Shown here one piece after another: positions 30,653-41,095 of a DNA stretch of 64,000 nt. The translations under genes and the position numbers were made by a program. Source of the DNA: Longimicrobiales bacterium (lineage in GTDB: Bacteria; Gemmatimonadota; Gemmatimonadetes; Longimicrobiales; Gaopeijiaceae); the NCBI GenBank assembly GCA_965219445.1, contig CBDCNQ010000005.1, positions 1,312,001 to 1,376,000 on the forward strand. Direction: 5' to 3'. Every line of letters begins with the position of its first letter. Positions within the stretch are counted from its first letter, which is position 1. Below the pieces are notes generated by a model. It was not told the origin of the DNA and made no database searches. It saw nothing but the letters and a program-made list of their open reading frames with translations.

Positions 30653-33600
30653 TCATTGTGAGGGCCCCGCCGCCCCGGGGCCACCCGTGGCCCTACGCGT
30701 AACTTCGCGCACGACGACAGCGAGTCCAGAAATAGAGACAGCGTCCTCCGCCCGTATCTCCTCCATGAGATCGCGGAAACGAGCGAAGTCACTCGTGCTC
30801 GCGTCGATCCCCCCGTTCCCGTCGGACGTCAGCGCCCGCCACGTCAAGCTATAGTGGGCGCGGCTCAGATCGTCAGCCAGGGCTTGAGCGGCCCGCTGTT
30901 CCCACCTTCCCTCCCCCGCCGAACGCAGGATTGCCTGCCGTAGCCACGGAACGTGGAAGAGCTCTGCTACTCGGAAGTATTCACGCCCTGCCAACAGCGG
31001 GCTAGCACCTGTTTCCTGGGCCACCCGCAGGATCTCGAGAAGTTGATCGAGAAATCGAAGTGTGATGAGGTTATTCGCAAGATCCGGCTCCGCGCCGTGC
31101 CGCTCGATCTCGGCCTTTCTTCCTTCGAATACGACTCGGTCATCCCCGGCCACGAACTCCTCGAAGTCGGCACGCAGCTTCCCCAGTCCGTCCCGGTGTC
31201 GCTCGATGATCGCGGTCGTGTCTAGATTCACCTCCACGTTGAGGAGAAGCCAGCGCGTCGTACGTTCCAGCACACGAGCGAGTCCCAGCAGCCACCGATA
31301 GGCGATACCGGACGACAGCCCATCTCCTGCGCTGTGGACGCGTCGGACCAGGGCAGTGTGGTCGGCAAGCCTCGCGGCGACCAACCAAGCCCAAGCGACC
31401 TCGGAAGGGGTACACCCCGTATCTCGCGCAACGCGATTCACGAACGTGGAGCCCATGAGATCGACGAGGTCGTTCGTGAGTTGGCAGGCGATGATTTGGC
31501 GGCGCAGCCGGTGGCGGCGGAGCCCCTCTTCGCCCGCCGCCTCCAATGCCGCGGCTGGAAAGTAGCTCCGTAGGTAATCTTCGGCCGCCGGATCGTCCGG
31601 GAGGTCGCTGCTCAGCACGCGACCCATCAGGTCGATCTTGGCGTACGCCAAGAGCACACAGAGTTCAGGGCGTGAAAGAGACTTGCCGCGCTCTTCGATC
31701 CGAGCCCCCAGCACCTCCCAAGTGGGGAGATTCTCGGCGGTCCGGTCGAGGCCCCCTGTCTTCTCCAGCGAGGACATCACATCACGAAAATCATCCAGAG
31801 AGTCCTTGGTTCGGAGTTCATCCAAGGATATTGCTAGGCTCTGGGCCTCGTTGTCCGCCACCACTAGTGTGGCAACAGAGTCAGTCAATTCCTCCAGAAG
31901 GCGATTGCGGCGCTCCTCATCCATGCCCCCGGATGCGACCGAGTACCCAAGGAGGATCTTCAGGTTGACCTCGCGGTCGGAGAGGTCCACCCCCCCGGAG
32001 TTGTCTAGGGCATCCGTATTGATTCGGCCGCCCCATAATGAGAAATCGACGCGGGCGCGCTGCGTAAAGCCGAGGTTGGCACCCTCCCCCACCGCTCGGC
32101 ACCGCAACTCGTCGGAGTTGACCCGAACCGAATCGTTGGGCGGATCACCGGCGTCTGCATTCGATTCGTCAGGGGTCTTCACGTAGGTGCCGACACCTCC
32201 GCTCCAAAGCAGATCGGCGGGCGCACGGAGCACGGCCTTGATCAGCGACTCCCCGTCCAGGGCTCCCGAATCGTCCGAAACGCCCAACGCCGTCTTGGCC
32301 TCGGGCGTAAGATCCACCTGCTTGGCACCCCGTGGAACGATCATCCCGCCCTCGCTCATGCAACTCCGATCATAGTCCTCCCAGCTCGAGGGCCCGAGAC
32401 GAAGGACCCTCTCCCGCTCGCGGAATGCGATCTCCGGATCGGGAGCGGGATCGATGAAGACATGCCGGTGGTCGAACGCAGCGATGAGCTTGATATGCTT
32501 GGAGAGGAGCATTCCGTTTCCGAAAACGTCACCACTCATGTCCCCGATGCCCACGACCGTGAAGGGCTCAGACTGAATATCCTTCCCCCGCTCACGGAAG
32601 TGGCGCTTCACGCACTCCCAGGCGCCGCGTGCAGTGATCCCGACCGCCTTGTGGTCGTATCCCTTGGACCCTCCCGACGCGAACGCGTCCCCCAGCCAGA
32701 ATCCGTATTCAGCCGCGACGGCGTTGGCCACATCGGAATACTGAGCAGTGCCCTTGTCTGCAGCGACCACCAGGTACGGATCGGGCTGGTCCCAGCACAC
32801 GACGTTGTCAGGCGCCACTGTCGTGCCGTCAACGTCCAGGTTGTCGGTGAGGTCGAGCAGGCCCCGTATCAAGGTCTCGTATTGTCCCCGGACCTCGTTG
32901 GCCATCTCCTCCGGGTCGTCCAGCGTCCGAAGGGTAGTGAAGCCCCCCTTCGACCCGGCCGGGACAATGACCGAATTCTTGACCATCTGTGTGTTGACGA
33001 GTCCGAGGATCTCCGTGCGAAAGTCATCGCGGCGATCACTGTAGCGAATCCCTCCGCGCGCAACGCCCGCCCCACGTAAATGAACCCCCGCAACTCTCGA
33101 GGATCGCACCCACACCTCGTAGAGTAGCTTTGTGGGCGTGATGTCCTGGAGCTGTCGTGCTGCGATCTTGAGCGATATGTACGGCACGCCCCCCGATCGG
33201 TGTGTCGGAGTCCGTCCTCCGTACCGGAAGTAATTCGTGCGTACGGTTGCGGTGAGGAGCGCCGACATCCCTCGAAGCGCCCGATCGTCGGCGAGAAGCG
33301 ACACCGACTGTATGAGATGCGTCAGAAGCGATGTGAGATCGTCGACGAGTTCCCGACGCCGATCGAGGGACCCTCCGTCGTTACCGAACTTCGCCTCGAA
33401 AATATCGAAGAAGACCCGTGCGATACTCGGGTGGGATTGCAGCGCAGTCGGAAGAGAAATGTGACTCGGGACTACGCCCAGCTGGAACGCGTATGCGGCG
33501 TACGCCCGCAGGACGTCCACCTCCCGCCAGGAGAGTCCGGCGAGAAGAACGAGGGCGTTGAGCGTGTCGTTGGTGGCGTCGCCACGCCGCACCGCGAGAA

Positions 33601-35617
33601 TGGCCTCGGCAAGCAGTGTCCCGTGGTCGTCGACATCCAGCGGAAATCCCATGGAGTCCTGCACGGAGAAGGAGTAGATGACAGCAGCCAGGGTCTTTGG
33701 ACCGCTGATTGGGTAGGGCGTTACGGCGATCACGCGCAGGCCCGCGTTCTCCAAGATCGGCATGAAGTCCGAGAGGATGAGCCGTTCTCCGCGGAGATAG
33801 AGCTTGAGGTGGGTCGTGGGACCGACGGCCTCGGCGTCAACATCAATCTCCTCGGCGTCACCGTGGTCAGACTCGGGCTGTCCAGGATCGTCCCTGTCCG
33901 GGCCGACTTCATGATTGCGAGAAAGCGAGATCGAGACCATTCGATCGTCGGCTCCCATCGCCTCGAGCTCCAGAATATCCTGAACCGCGACGTCGGGATC
34001 GGTCGACGCCTTGTACTCAGGGCTGAACGCCTCTCCATAGCGTCCCGCGAGACGCTGGGCTTCATCGGCGGGCCGCACACTCTCGAGAGCGCTCCGCACA
34101 CGGTCGGACCAGGATCGAATGATCTCGGTGACCTCAGCCACGAGGTCACGACCCTTCACCCCAGCCACCGACTCCGCGCTGGCAGCCAGATGGAAATGGA
34201 GCCGGGCCTGGTCTCCCTCGCCGAGCGCCAAATGGTAGTTGAGAACTTCAGCCTGAAAACGTTTGATCAGCGCTTCTTCAATAGCCCGGCGGACCTCGCC
34301 TGAAAAGCTCTCCTTCGGAAGGATCACCATGGCCGAAACGCCCCGGCGCAGGGGATCCTCGCGCAAAGTCACGTGAACATCGTCCGTGTGGTACGACGTA
34401 AGCACGGTCTGGATGTCGGCGGCGATCTGGTCGACCGAAGAGAGAAAAAGCTCCTCCTTCGGCATCGAGCTGAAGATCGTGTTGATTTCCTTGTAGTCGT
34501 GCGAACCCTCTTGCGCATCCAAACCCTCGAGGATCACCTGGAGCTTGCGCCGGAGAATGGGAATCCTGTTGGCGTCCTCTCCGAAGGCCTTGGACGTGAA
34601 GAGACCGAAGAAGCGGTGTTCCCCTACGACCTCGCCGTCGGCCGAGAGCTTCTTGACTCCGATGTAGTCCATCCGAGCCAGTCGGTGTACGGTCGAGGGC
34701 TCGTTGGTCTTGGTGATGACCAGATGGGGCCCTCCCGTCACCAGATCCCTGGTGCCCGGATCGGTTTCACTGACGAGAACCGGCTCGGCGAAGGAGGACT
34801 CAGCCTCGTTCCGGAGCACCCCGAGGCCCGACCCCGGTTGCACGACGATCGCGGGACCGGCATCGAGTTCCACGATGTTGTATTCGCGATAGCCCAGAAA
34901 CACGAACGCGCCATCCCGAATCCAGCGTAGGAACGCCTGCACCTCCTCCAACTCTTCACGTAGCTCGGGTAGCAGCCCCACGCTTTCGGCAAGCATGACC
35001 ACGGTACTATTCACCGCATCGATCATGGGGTGGAAGTCGTCCGTGACTCGGATCACATCCTCGAGGCGCCGGCTCGCCTCGTTCCGGAGGTACTCCTGCA
35101 TACCGGCGTCCATGGTGCGCGTGATCTCACAGTGTACGAAGGACTCGTTGCTCTCACCGTTCTTAGAGGGTCGAACGCTGACGATGTCACCGTTCACGTC
35201 CCTTTCCATGTGTATAACCGGGTAGATGAGATGCTCGATCGACAAGCCTTGATCGTGCAAGAACCCGCGCAGAGAATCCACGATGAAGGGTCGCTCGGAC
35301 ATGCTGGTCCTAAGGACCGTCACCGGCGCATACCAACCCTCGTTTTCCACCTCGGGGTTGAAGACCTCGACGTCGACACGGTCCGGCTGGCTGTTCTGCA
35401 AGAACCGCCACGCACCGAGGGTCACGTGGGCGTGGGTATCCGCACTTCGCGCCTGAAGAAACTGCTTCGGGGCCTTGGAAAGGAAGATCTCGGCGAATGC
35501 GACCACGGACTCCGCCTCGGTCGGATCGACCTGCCGCTCTAGTTGGCGGCAAACCGCGTCGATCGTCGGAAACCCTTCACGGATGCGGCGAACCGTCGCG
35601 CCGGAGGTGTTGCTCAT
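30653..35617 (-). CDS. gdhB: NAD-specific glutamate dehydrogenase, large form
   Basis: GVHLRG..VARGGIRYSDR, PAGSKGGF, PYLVVAADKGTA, GYDHK, GIGDMSGDVFGNG; 1654 aa. Confidence 0.96.
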   Translation of the reverse strand: MSNTSGATVRRIREGFPTIDAVCRQLERQVDPTEAESVVAFAEIFLSKAPKQFLQARSADTHAHVTLGAWRFLQNSQPDRVDVEVFNPEVENEGWYAPVTVLRTSMSERPFIVDSLRGFLHDQGLSIEHLIYPVIHMERDVNGDIVSVRPSKNGESNESFVHCEITRTMDAGMQEYLRNEASRRLEDVIRVTDDFHPMIDAVNSTVVMLAESVGLLPELREELEEVQAFLRWIRDGAFVFLGYREYNIVELDAGPAIVVQPGSGLGVLRNEAESSFAEPVLVSETDPGTRDLVTGGPHLVITKTNEPSTVHRLARMDYIGVKKLSADGEVVGEHRFFGLFTSKAFGEDANRIPILRRKLQVILEGLDAQEGSHDYKEINTIFSSMPKEELFLSSVDQIAADIQTVLTSYHTDDVHVTLREDPLRRGVSAMVILPKESFSGEVRRAIEEALIKRFQAEVLNYHLALGEGDQARLHFHLAASAESVAGVKGRDLVAEVTEIIRSWSDRVRSALESVRPADEAQRLAGRYGEAFSPEYKASTDPDVAVQDILELEAMGADDRMVSISLSRNHEVGPDRDDPGQPESDHGDAEEIDVDAEAVGPTTHLKLYLRGERLILSDFMPILENAGLRVIAVTPYPISGPKTLAAVIYSFSVQDSMGFPLDVDDHGTLLAEAILAVRRGDATNDTLNALVLLAGLSWREVDVLRAYAAYAFQLGVVPSHISLPTALQSHPSIARVFFDIFEAKFGNDGGSLDRRRELVDDLTSLLTHLIQSVSLLADDRALRGMSALLTATVRTNYFRYGGRTPTHRSGGVPYISLKIAARQLQDITPTKLLYEVWVRSSRVAGVHLRGAGVARGGIRYSDRRDDFRTEILGLVNTQMVKNSVIVPAGSKGGFTTLRTLDDPEEMANEVRGQYETLIRGLLDLTDNLDVDGTTVAPDNVVCWDQPDPYLVVAADKGTAQYSDVANAVAAEYGFWLGDAFASGGSKGYDHKAVGITARGAWECVKRHFRERGKDIQSEPFTVVGIGDMSGDVFGNGMLLSKHIKLIAAFDHRHVFIDPAPDPEIAFRERERVLRLGPSSWEDYDRSCMSEGGMIVPRGAKQVDLTPEAKTALGVSDDSGALDGESLIKAVLRAPADLLWSGGVGTYVKTPDESNADAGDPPNDSVRVNSDELRCRAVGEGANLGFTQRARVDFSLWGGRINTDALDNSGGVDLSDREVNLKILLGYSVASGGMDEERRNRLLEELTDSVATLVVADNEAQSLAISLDELRTKDSLDDFRDVMSSLEKTGGLDRTAENLPTWEVLGARIEERGKSLSRPELCVLLAYAKIDLMGRVLSSDLPDDPAAEDYLRSYFPAAALEAAGEEGLRRHRLRRQIIACQLTNDLVDLMGSTFVNRVARDTGCTPSEVAWAWLVAARLADHTALVRRVHSAGDGLSSGIAYRWLLGLARVLERTTRWLLLNVEVNLDTTAIIERHRDGLGKLRADFEEFVAGDDRVVFEGRKAEIERHGAEPDLANNLITLRFLDQLLEILRVAQETGASPLLAGREYFRVAELFHVPWLRQAILRSAGEGRWEQRAAQALADDLSRAHYSLTWRALTSDGNGGIDASTSDFARFRDLMEEIRAEDAVSISGLAVVVREVTRRATGGPGAAGPSQ

Positions 35618-35816
35618 GGGTACGCTGGTCTGAGCTTGTTCGCTTTGGGACCGCGATCAATGGAGGAAGTGAAGGCTCTTTCACCGTGCACTTGAAAGAT
35701 AGAGACGCGTGACTGGCCCGTTCAACCCTGATCGGCGCAAGCTCGACCCGTTCAGCCCTGGCCGATGCACACCCGGATCTTCTAGCTTTGAGGGCCGATC
35801 CTCGCTTCGACCTTAG

Positions 35817-36117
35817 AAGGGTGATCGGAGAGGGGGGTGGGTCGCGCACATGGCGCTTGTGCGCGTTCAGACAAGGAACGACGACGAGGCGTAGCAGAGC
35901 TACTCCGAGGAGGAGAGACGCAGGATCAACCGCACAACCGCCCTGTGCCCACGAACATGAAGGGCATGACCTTCCACGTTGAAGGGTTGCGGTGGCACGA
36001 CCCCATCTCCGTTGTTGGAGCTCCTAGCCGTAGCGAATGCTATGGCGTCGTCGCTCCGCCTAGGAGCTGGGACCGTGGCATCCGCAACGCGAGCCACCCC
36101 CCTCTCCGATCACCCGT
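35817..36117. mobile_element. MITE (301 bp) with ~30-bp terminal inverted repeats
   Basis: aagggtgatcggagaggggggtgggtcgcg ... cgcgagccacccccctctccgatcacccgt, flanked by TTAG and CTAG; no credible ORF. Confidence 0.8.
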
Positions 36118-36128
36118 CTAGGCACCCG

Positions 36129-37385
36129 ATGCGCTTTCTTCATGCGGCCGACATACATCTGGACTCACCGTGTTCGAGCCGGTCGGAGACGGTCCGCCAA
36201 CAGCTGAGAGCCGCATCTCGCTTGGCCTTTCGGCGACTGGTCGATCTGTCGCTCAGCGAGCGTGTGGATGTCTTGCTGATCGCAGGTGACCTCTTCGACG
36301 ACGAACGGCTCTCGTTTCAGACCGAACGCTTCTTGCTCGAGCAATTGCATCGCCTGGACAGCGAGGGTATTCCGGTCGTCTACGCCACGGGAAACCATGA
36401 TCCGGGACGAGAGGGACTACGCTCCGTCGAATTGCCCTGGCCGAGTAACGTGACCGTTGCTCGAGACAGGACGCCGGTACGCATTGCCATCGAGGATTCC
36501 GGCCGCGAGTCCGGAGGTCGAGCGCCTCGAGGTATGGTTACAGCGGCCGGCCACGAATCCGCGACCGAGGCGGGCGATCTTTCCACGGTCTTTCCAACCC
36601 CGGCGGGCCGTCTCCCCGAGATCGCGGTGCTCCACACCCAGGTCGTAGATTCGCCGGGGTCGGCGGCGCACCAGAGCTACGCGCCATCCCAACTCGAAGG
36701 ACTCCGGACGTCCGGCCACGACTATTGGGCGCTGGGGCACGTCCATAAGCGCTCGGTCCTGTGTGAACACCCTGGCATCCACTACCCGGGGAACCTGCAG
36801 GGGCGCACACATGGAGAACGGGGCGCGAAGGGTTGTCTGCTCGTCGATGTCCACCCGGGAACACCACCTGATGTCGAGTTCAAGAAGCTAGCGCCGATTC
36901 AGTGGGAGGATGTCGAGGTACGCGACCCGTCCGATGCGACGACGCTCGATGCGTTGCTTGAGATGATCGCAGAGGAGTGGTACGGCGTGACCGGGGGTGA
37001 GACCGACACCGACTGGATCGGCCGTATTCGAATCTCGGGCGCGACGCCTCTGTGGCGGGAGTTGTCCCAGGACGACGACCAGAACCATCTTCGCGACGAA
37101 CTCGCGTACCGTCTCGGTCTGTTGGATCTGACGCTCGAGCTCGGAAGCCTTTACCCCGTAGTTCAACCCGACGAGCACCGAGCGCGCGAAGACGTTCTCG
37201 GCCAGACTTTGCGGCTGGTACAAGACGTCCGCTCCGGCGCCGCCAGCCTCACCGGTCTTTCGCCCGAGCAGCTCATAGGGCTCGACGAGCCCGAGCGGCT
37301 CCACGAATACGTCCAGGAACTCCTCGACGACGGTGATGTGGAGATCCTCGCCAGGATGCGCAAACGCGTGGCGGAGGGTCGATGA
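36129..37385 (+). CDS. DNA repair exonuclease, SbcD/YhaO-like metallophosphoesterase
   Basis: HAADIHLD, AGDLFD, GNHD, YWALGHVH, YPGNLQGR. Confidence 0.92.
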   Translation: MRFLHAADIHLDSPCSSRSETVRQQLRAASRLAFRRLVDLSLSERVDVLLIAGDLFDDERLSFQTERFLLEQLHRLDSEGIPVVYATGNHDPGREGLRSVELPWPSNVTVARDRTPVRIAIEDSGRESGGRAPRGMVTAAGHESATEAGDLSTVFPTPAGRLPEIAVLHTQVVDSPGSAAHQSYAPSQLEGLRTSGHDYWALGHVHKRSVLCEHPGIHYPGNLQGRTHGERGAKGCLLVDVHPGTPPDVEFKKLAPIQWEDVEVRDPSDATTLDALLEMIAEEWYGVTGGETDTDWIGRIRISGATPLWRELSQDDDQNHLRDELAYRLGLLDLTLELGSLYPVVQPDEHRAREDVLGQTLRLVQDVRSGAASLTGLSPEQLIGLDEPERLHEYVQELLDDGDVEILARMRKRVAEGR

Positions 37386-40075
37386 AGCTCGAGCGGATCC
37401 AGGCCCGGGCGTTCGGACGATTCGAAGATTTCGATTCGGGATCCGCTCCGCTGGGTGACCTCAACGTGGTAATAGGCCCGAACGAGGCGGGAAAAACGAC
37501 GTTCTTCCACATTCTGCACTCGATCATCTTCGGCCTGTATCCCGCCGCCAAGGACCAGCACCCATATACCCCCTGGAGTGGCCGCGACCTCGACGTGGAA
37601 GCGAAGGTACGGCTCGACAGCGGGGAAGAATGGACCATCCAAAGGAAACTGGTCGGATCTCCCATAGCGCGGCTGACGCGAAACGGAGGCGTCGAAAACC
37701 TCCGAAACCAGACCCTGGCATGCGCGAACCATGTGACGCGAGAGGTCTTCCACCAGGTCTTCGCTTTGACGCTCATGGAAGTCACCTCACTCGAGTCCCA
37801 CGCCTGGTCTGAGATCCAGGACCGGCTGATCGGCGGAATGGGGGCCCGTGACCTGGTACCGACTCGCTCAGTGGCCGAGGCGTTAGAGACAGAAGCCGGA
37901 CGTCTCTGGCGCCCGAGCCGCCGGGGAACACAAGAGATCCGCGTCCTCCGGGAGCGGATTCGCGGCGCCAGGGCTGCGCGTAGCGAGGCCCTCGAAGCCG
38001 ATCACGTCCTACGAGAGTCGATGCGGGAGTTGGAGCAGGCAGAGGAGACGCTCAGAGCCACACGCGCCGAAAGAAAGCAGAAGCGCCTCCTGATCGAACG
38101 GATCACACAACTTCTTCCCATCCGGAAGCGATTGGATCAGGCCGCGAGCCTCGAAACGGAGGCCGGACCCCCTGGCGCACTCGACGGCCTCCCCGCCGAT
38201 CCTTCGGCAGAACGCCAACGGCTCGTCCATGAGGTCGCCACGTTGCGTGAACGCCTCGGAAAGACACAGGCCGAGGCGGAGGAGCCTCAGGCGCGGGTCA
38301 AGGCGTTCTCGTCCCACCACCAGGTCCTTCTGGACGCGCGTCGTGGTATCGAGGAGATCAGCGGCGCCGCCGCGGCCGCGGGACCGGTGAGCACCCGCCT
38401 CAGCACTCTCGATCAGGAGATCCGAGATCGGCAACGCCGGATCATGTCGGACACTCCCAAGATCTTCGAACGAACGCTTACTTCTCAGGAGGAATTCACC
38501 CTGCGGACGCTCGAGGTGCGCGATCTCCACGATCGCGTTCGGGACGCCAGCGCCGCCCGGGACCGGGTCCGCGAGCATGCCATTCGTGGAACCCTGGGTG
38601 GAGCGCTGCCGGAAGCGTCCCCAAGTACCCTCGTTGCCGGCCTCGTCGCGGGCGTGGCGGCAGCCGTGTTGCTGGGCTGGCCGGCGGACGTCCCATGGGC
38701 GAGAGGGCTCGGTGTTGTCCTGGCGCTGGCCGCCAGCATGGCGTGCGCTCGTTGGTGGATCCTTCGCCAGGCCCGACGCGACGGTGCCCTCGGAGAGCGT
38801 GCCGGGTCGGATGACGGTGCCAGGCTGACGCGGGAGTCCGAAGAGGCGGCCGCGGTCGTTCAGAATTTCCTCTCAGGCCTGCCCGTTCGTACGGACGTTC
38901 TCGCTGGAGCGGGATCTGAATACGTGACGACGCTCACGCGGCTTCAGGAGTTGCTGGAGGAGCTTGATACACGAACCAGAGAGACGGACGAAGCGAAGGG
39001 CACACTCGAGAGGATCGATGACCGGCTCGTCGATCTCGGCCTCCACCTTGGAGTAGAGCTCCCGCGGGCCAGCGCAGCCGCGATCCACGTTCTCCAGACC
39101 CAGCTGCGGGAGGCGGAGCGGGCGCAGGAGGCATCGAGGGGGGCCAGTGCCGAGCTCGAGCGCCTGAACCGCCGAGAGGCCGAGCTCGAAGCGGAGTTGG
39201 CCAGCCGGACGCAAGCCCTCCAGTCGTTGGACCAGGCGCTCCGCGCTCTGGGTGGTGAGGACGTCGAGGCCAGCCTCGAGGCCGCGATGCGAATGCGGAG
39301 AGCCGGTGAGAAGGCCACGGAACTCCGCGCCGATCTCGAGCGGTCCCATCCAAACCTCGACGCCTTGATCGATCGTCTAGCAGAACTCGACGATGTCGAT
39401 GGGGACCAGGCAGGGGACGACACCCTGGTCCAGACCAAGATCAGGGTCGAGGAGCTGTCGGATGGAATCGAGACGCTGGCTGGGCAGGTCCAGGATCTCC
39501 AGAACAGGTACGAGAGGGCGGCGGAGCGGGCGACGGCAGATCAGATCGATGGGGAGATCGATGCGCTTGGGAACGAGGTGCGGCGTCTCGAGCGCGAGCA
39601 CGACCGCAAGATCGTCCTCGCCCATGCCGTGCGGGAAGCGGATCAACGCTTTCGGGAGGAGAACCAGCCCGACGTCGTTCGTAGAGCCTCCAGCTACCTC
39701 GCCACGGTTACCGACGACCGGTACGACCGCATCATGGTTGGCGACTCCGGTGAGTTCCAGGTCCGACGGTCATGCGACAACGGCGCGGGGGACGCGGGGG
39801 CTACCGTGGCTGCGGACAGCCTCTCCACCGGAGCCAGGGAACAACTCTATCTAGCCATCCGCCTGGCGATCATGAGTCACCTCGACCACGACCGTGAGCG
39901 CCTCCCGGTGTTCATCGATGAGGCCTTCGTAAATTGGGACGCAGCGCGACGGGGGCGGGGCTTTCAGCTGCTGCGAGAGCTCTCTAAGACGAGGCAAGTC
40001 TTTGTGATGACGTGTCACGAACGGTGGGCGGAGGAGTTGATTCACGCGGGCGCGAACCGGGTGGATCTCACATGA
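37382..40075 (+). CDS. YhaN-like SMC-type ATPase with two TM helices
   Basis: GPNEAGKTT Walker A, coiled coils, LSTGAREQLYLAIRLA, FIDEAFVNWD, TCH. Confidence 0.9.
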   Translation: MKLERIQARAFGRFEDFDSGSAPLGDLNVVIGPNEAGKTTFFHILHSIIFGLYPAAKDQHPYTPWSGRDLDVEAKVRLDSGEEWTIQRKLVGSPIARLTRNGGVENLRNQTLACANHVTREVFHQVFALTLMEVTSLESHAWSEIQDRLIGGMGARDLVPTRSVAEALETEAGRLWRPSRRGTQEIRVLRERIRGARAARSEALEADHVLRESMRELEQAEETLRATRAERKQKRLLIERITQLLPIRKRLDQAASLETEAGPPGALDGLPADPSAERQRLVHEVATLRERLGKTQAEAEEPQARVKAFSSHHQVLLDARRGIEEISGAAAAAGPVSTRLSTLDQEIRDRQRRIMSDTPKIFERTLTSQEEFTLRTLEVRDLHDRVRDASAARDRVREHAIRGTLGGALPEASPSTLVAGLVAGVAAAVLLGWPADVPWARGLGVVLALAASMACARWWILRQARRDGALGERAGSDDGARLTRESEEAAAVVQNFLSGLPVRTDVLAGAGSEYVTTLTRLQELLEELDTRTRETDEAKGTLERIDDRLVDLGLHLGVELPRASAAAIHVLQTQLREAERAQEASRGASAELERLNRREAELEAELASRTQALQSLDQALRALGGEDVEASLEAAMRMRRAGEKATELRADLERSHPNLDALIDRLAELDDVDGDQAGDDTLVQTKIRVEELSDGIETLAGQVQDLQNRYERAAERATADQIDGEIDALGNEVRRLEREHDRKIVLAHAVREADQRFREENQPDVVRRASSYLATVTDDRYDRIMVGDSGEFQVRRSCDNGAGDAGATVAADSLSTGAREQLYLAIRLAIMSHLDHDRERLPVFIDEAFVNWDAARRGRGFQLLRELSKTRQVFVMTCHERWAEELIHAGANRVDLT

Positions 40076-40959
40076 CATCTCCGCCGGAGTCCGGCGGATA
40101 CGCCCTTCCGCTGCACGTTGAGGAATACGGCGACGGGGACCGGCAGATCATGCTTCTCCATGGCTTTGGTGCGAACTCATACACGTGGCGAGGTTGGATT
40201 GGGGGGCTGGCGAAGGAACACCGGGTATGGTCTGTGGAGCTGAAGGGCCACGGTTCTGCGCCTGCGCCGCCCGACGACCTCTACTCGATCCACGATCATG
40301 CCGACCTCGTGCACCGGCTGATCGTTCAAAAGAATCTCCAGCAACTGACCCTTGTAGGCCATTCCTTGGGTGGGGGCGTGGCACTGCTCGTAGCGCTTCT
40401 ACTCCTCGAGGAGGAGCGCCTGGAACGGCTGATTCTCGTGTCGAGCCCGGCCTACCCACAGCGCCTGCCCCTATTCATCGCCCTGGCCGGGCGAGGGCGC
40501 CTGGCAGAGTGGGGCCTCCGGTTATTCCCGAAGCGTCTCCTCATTCGTTGGGTCCTGCGCTCAATCGTCTTCGACCGGGAGCGTGTGACGGACGCTCAAG
40601 TCGAGGCTTACGCAGAACCACTCTTCAGCCCCGCCCACCGCACGGCACTCATCAAGACCGCTACGCGGATCATACCTCCCGATCTCGTGGACATTACTCG
40701 GCGCATTCCCGAAATCGACCTGCCCACGTTGCTCCTCTGGGGAAGGCACGACTGGGTGGTCCCCCTAGACGTCGCGGAGCGGCTCGTCACAGCCCTTTCA
40801 AGAGCGGAGCTCGAAGTCATGGAAGAATGTGGGCATATGCCTCCGGAGGAGTTGCCGAAGGACTCGCTGGAGATCGTCCTGACGTTTCTCAGGGGCGGAC
40901 AGGGCGATCCGCCGCCACAAACCCGGGACACGTCAGAACCGGCAGAGGCGGATACTTAG
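40072..40959 (+). CDS. Alpha/beta hydrolase
   Basis: LLHGFGA, GHSLGG, WGRHD, CGH.PPEE. Confidence 0.9.
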   Translation: MTSPPESGGYALPLHVEEYGDGDRQIMLLHGFGANSYTWRGWIGGLAKEHRVWSVELKGHGSAPAPPDDLYSIHDHADLVHRLIVQKNLQQLTLVGHSLGGGVALLVALLLLEEERLERLILVSSPAYPQRLPLFIALAGRGRLAEWGLRLFPKRLLIRWVLRSIVFDRERVTDAQVEAYAEPLFSPAHRTALIKTATRIIPPDLVDITRRIPEIDLPTLLLWGRHDWVVPLDVAERLVTALSRAELEVMEECGHMPPEELPKDSLEIVLTFLRGGQGDPPPQTRDTSEPAEADT

Positions 40960-41095
40960 GGAAGCGTGTGTCCTCCGTCGAAAGTGCACAGCGGTAAAAA
41001 ATCGATCCCCGCCGATTCTCGATGCGCCGGGCGAAAGTGCACGTACTGCACAGACCCACGGTGCGGCGTCCCCCACCCGCATCCTTTGGGTTCAT
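40889..41095 (-). CDS. Small Cys-rich protein (68 aa)
   Basis: GLCSTC..AR.I..RGSIFYRC...FPKYPPLPVLTCPG; four spaced Cys. Confidence 0.6.
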   Translation of the reverse strand: MNPKDAGGGRRTVGLCSTCTFARRIENRRGSIFYRCALSTEDTRFPKYPPLPVLTCPGFVAADRPVRP

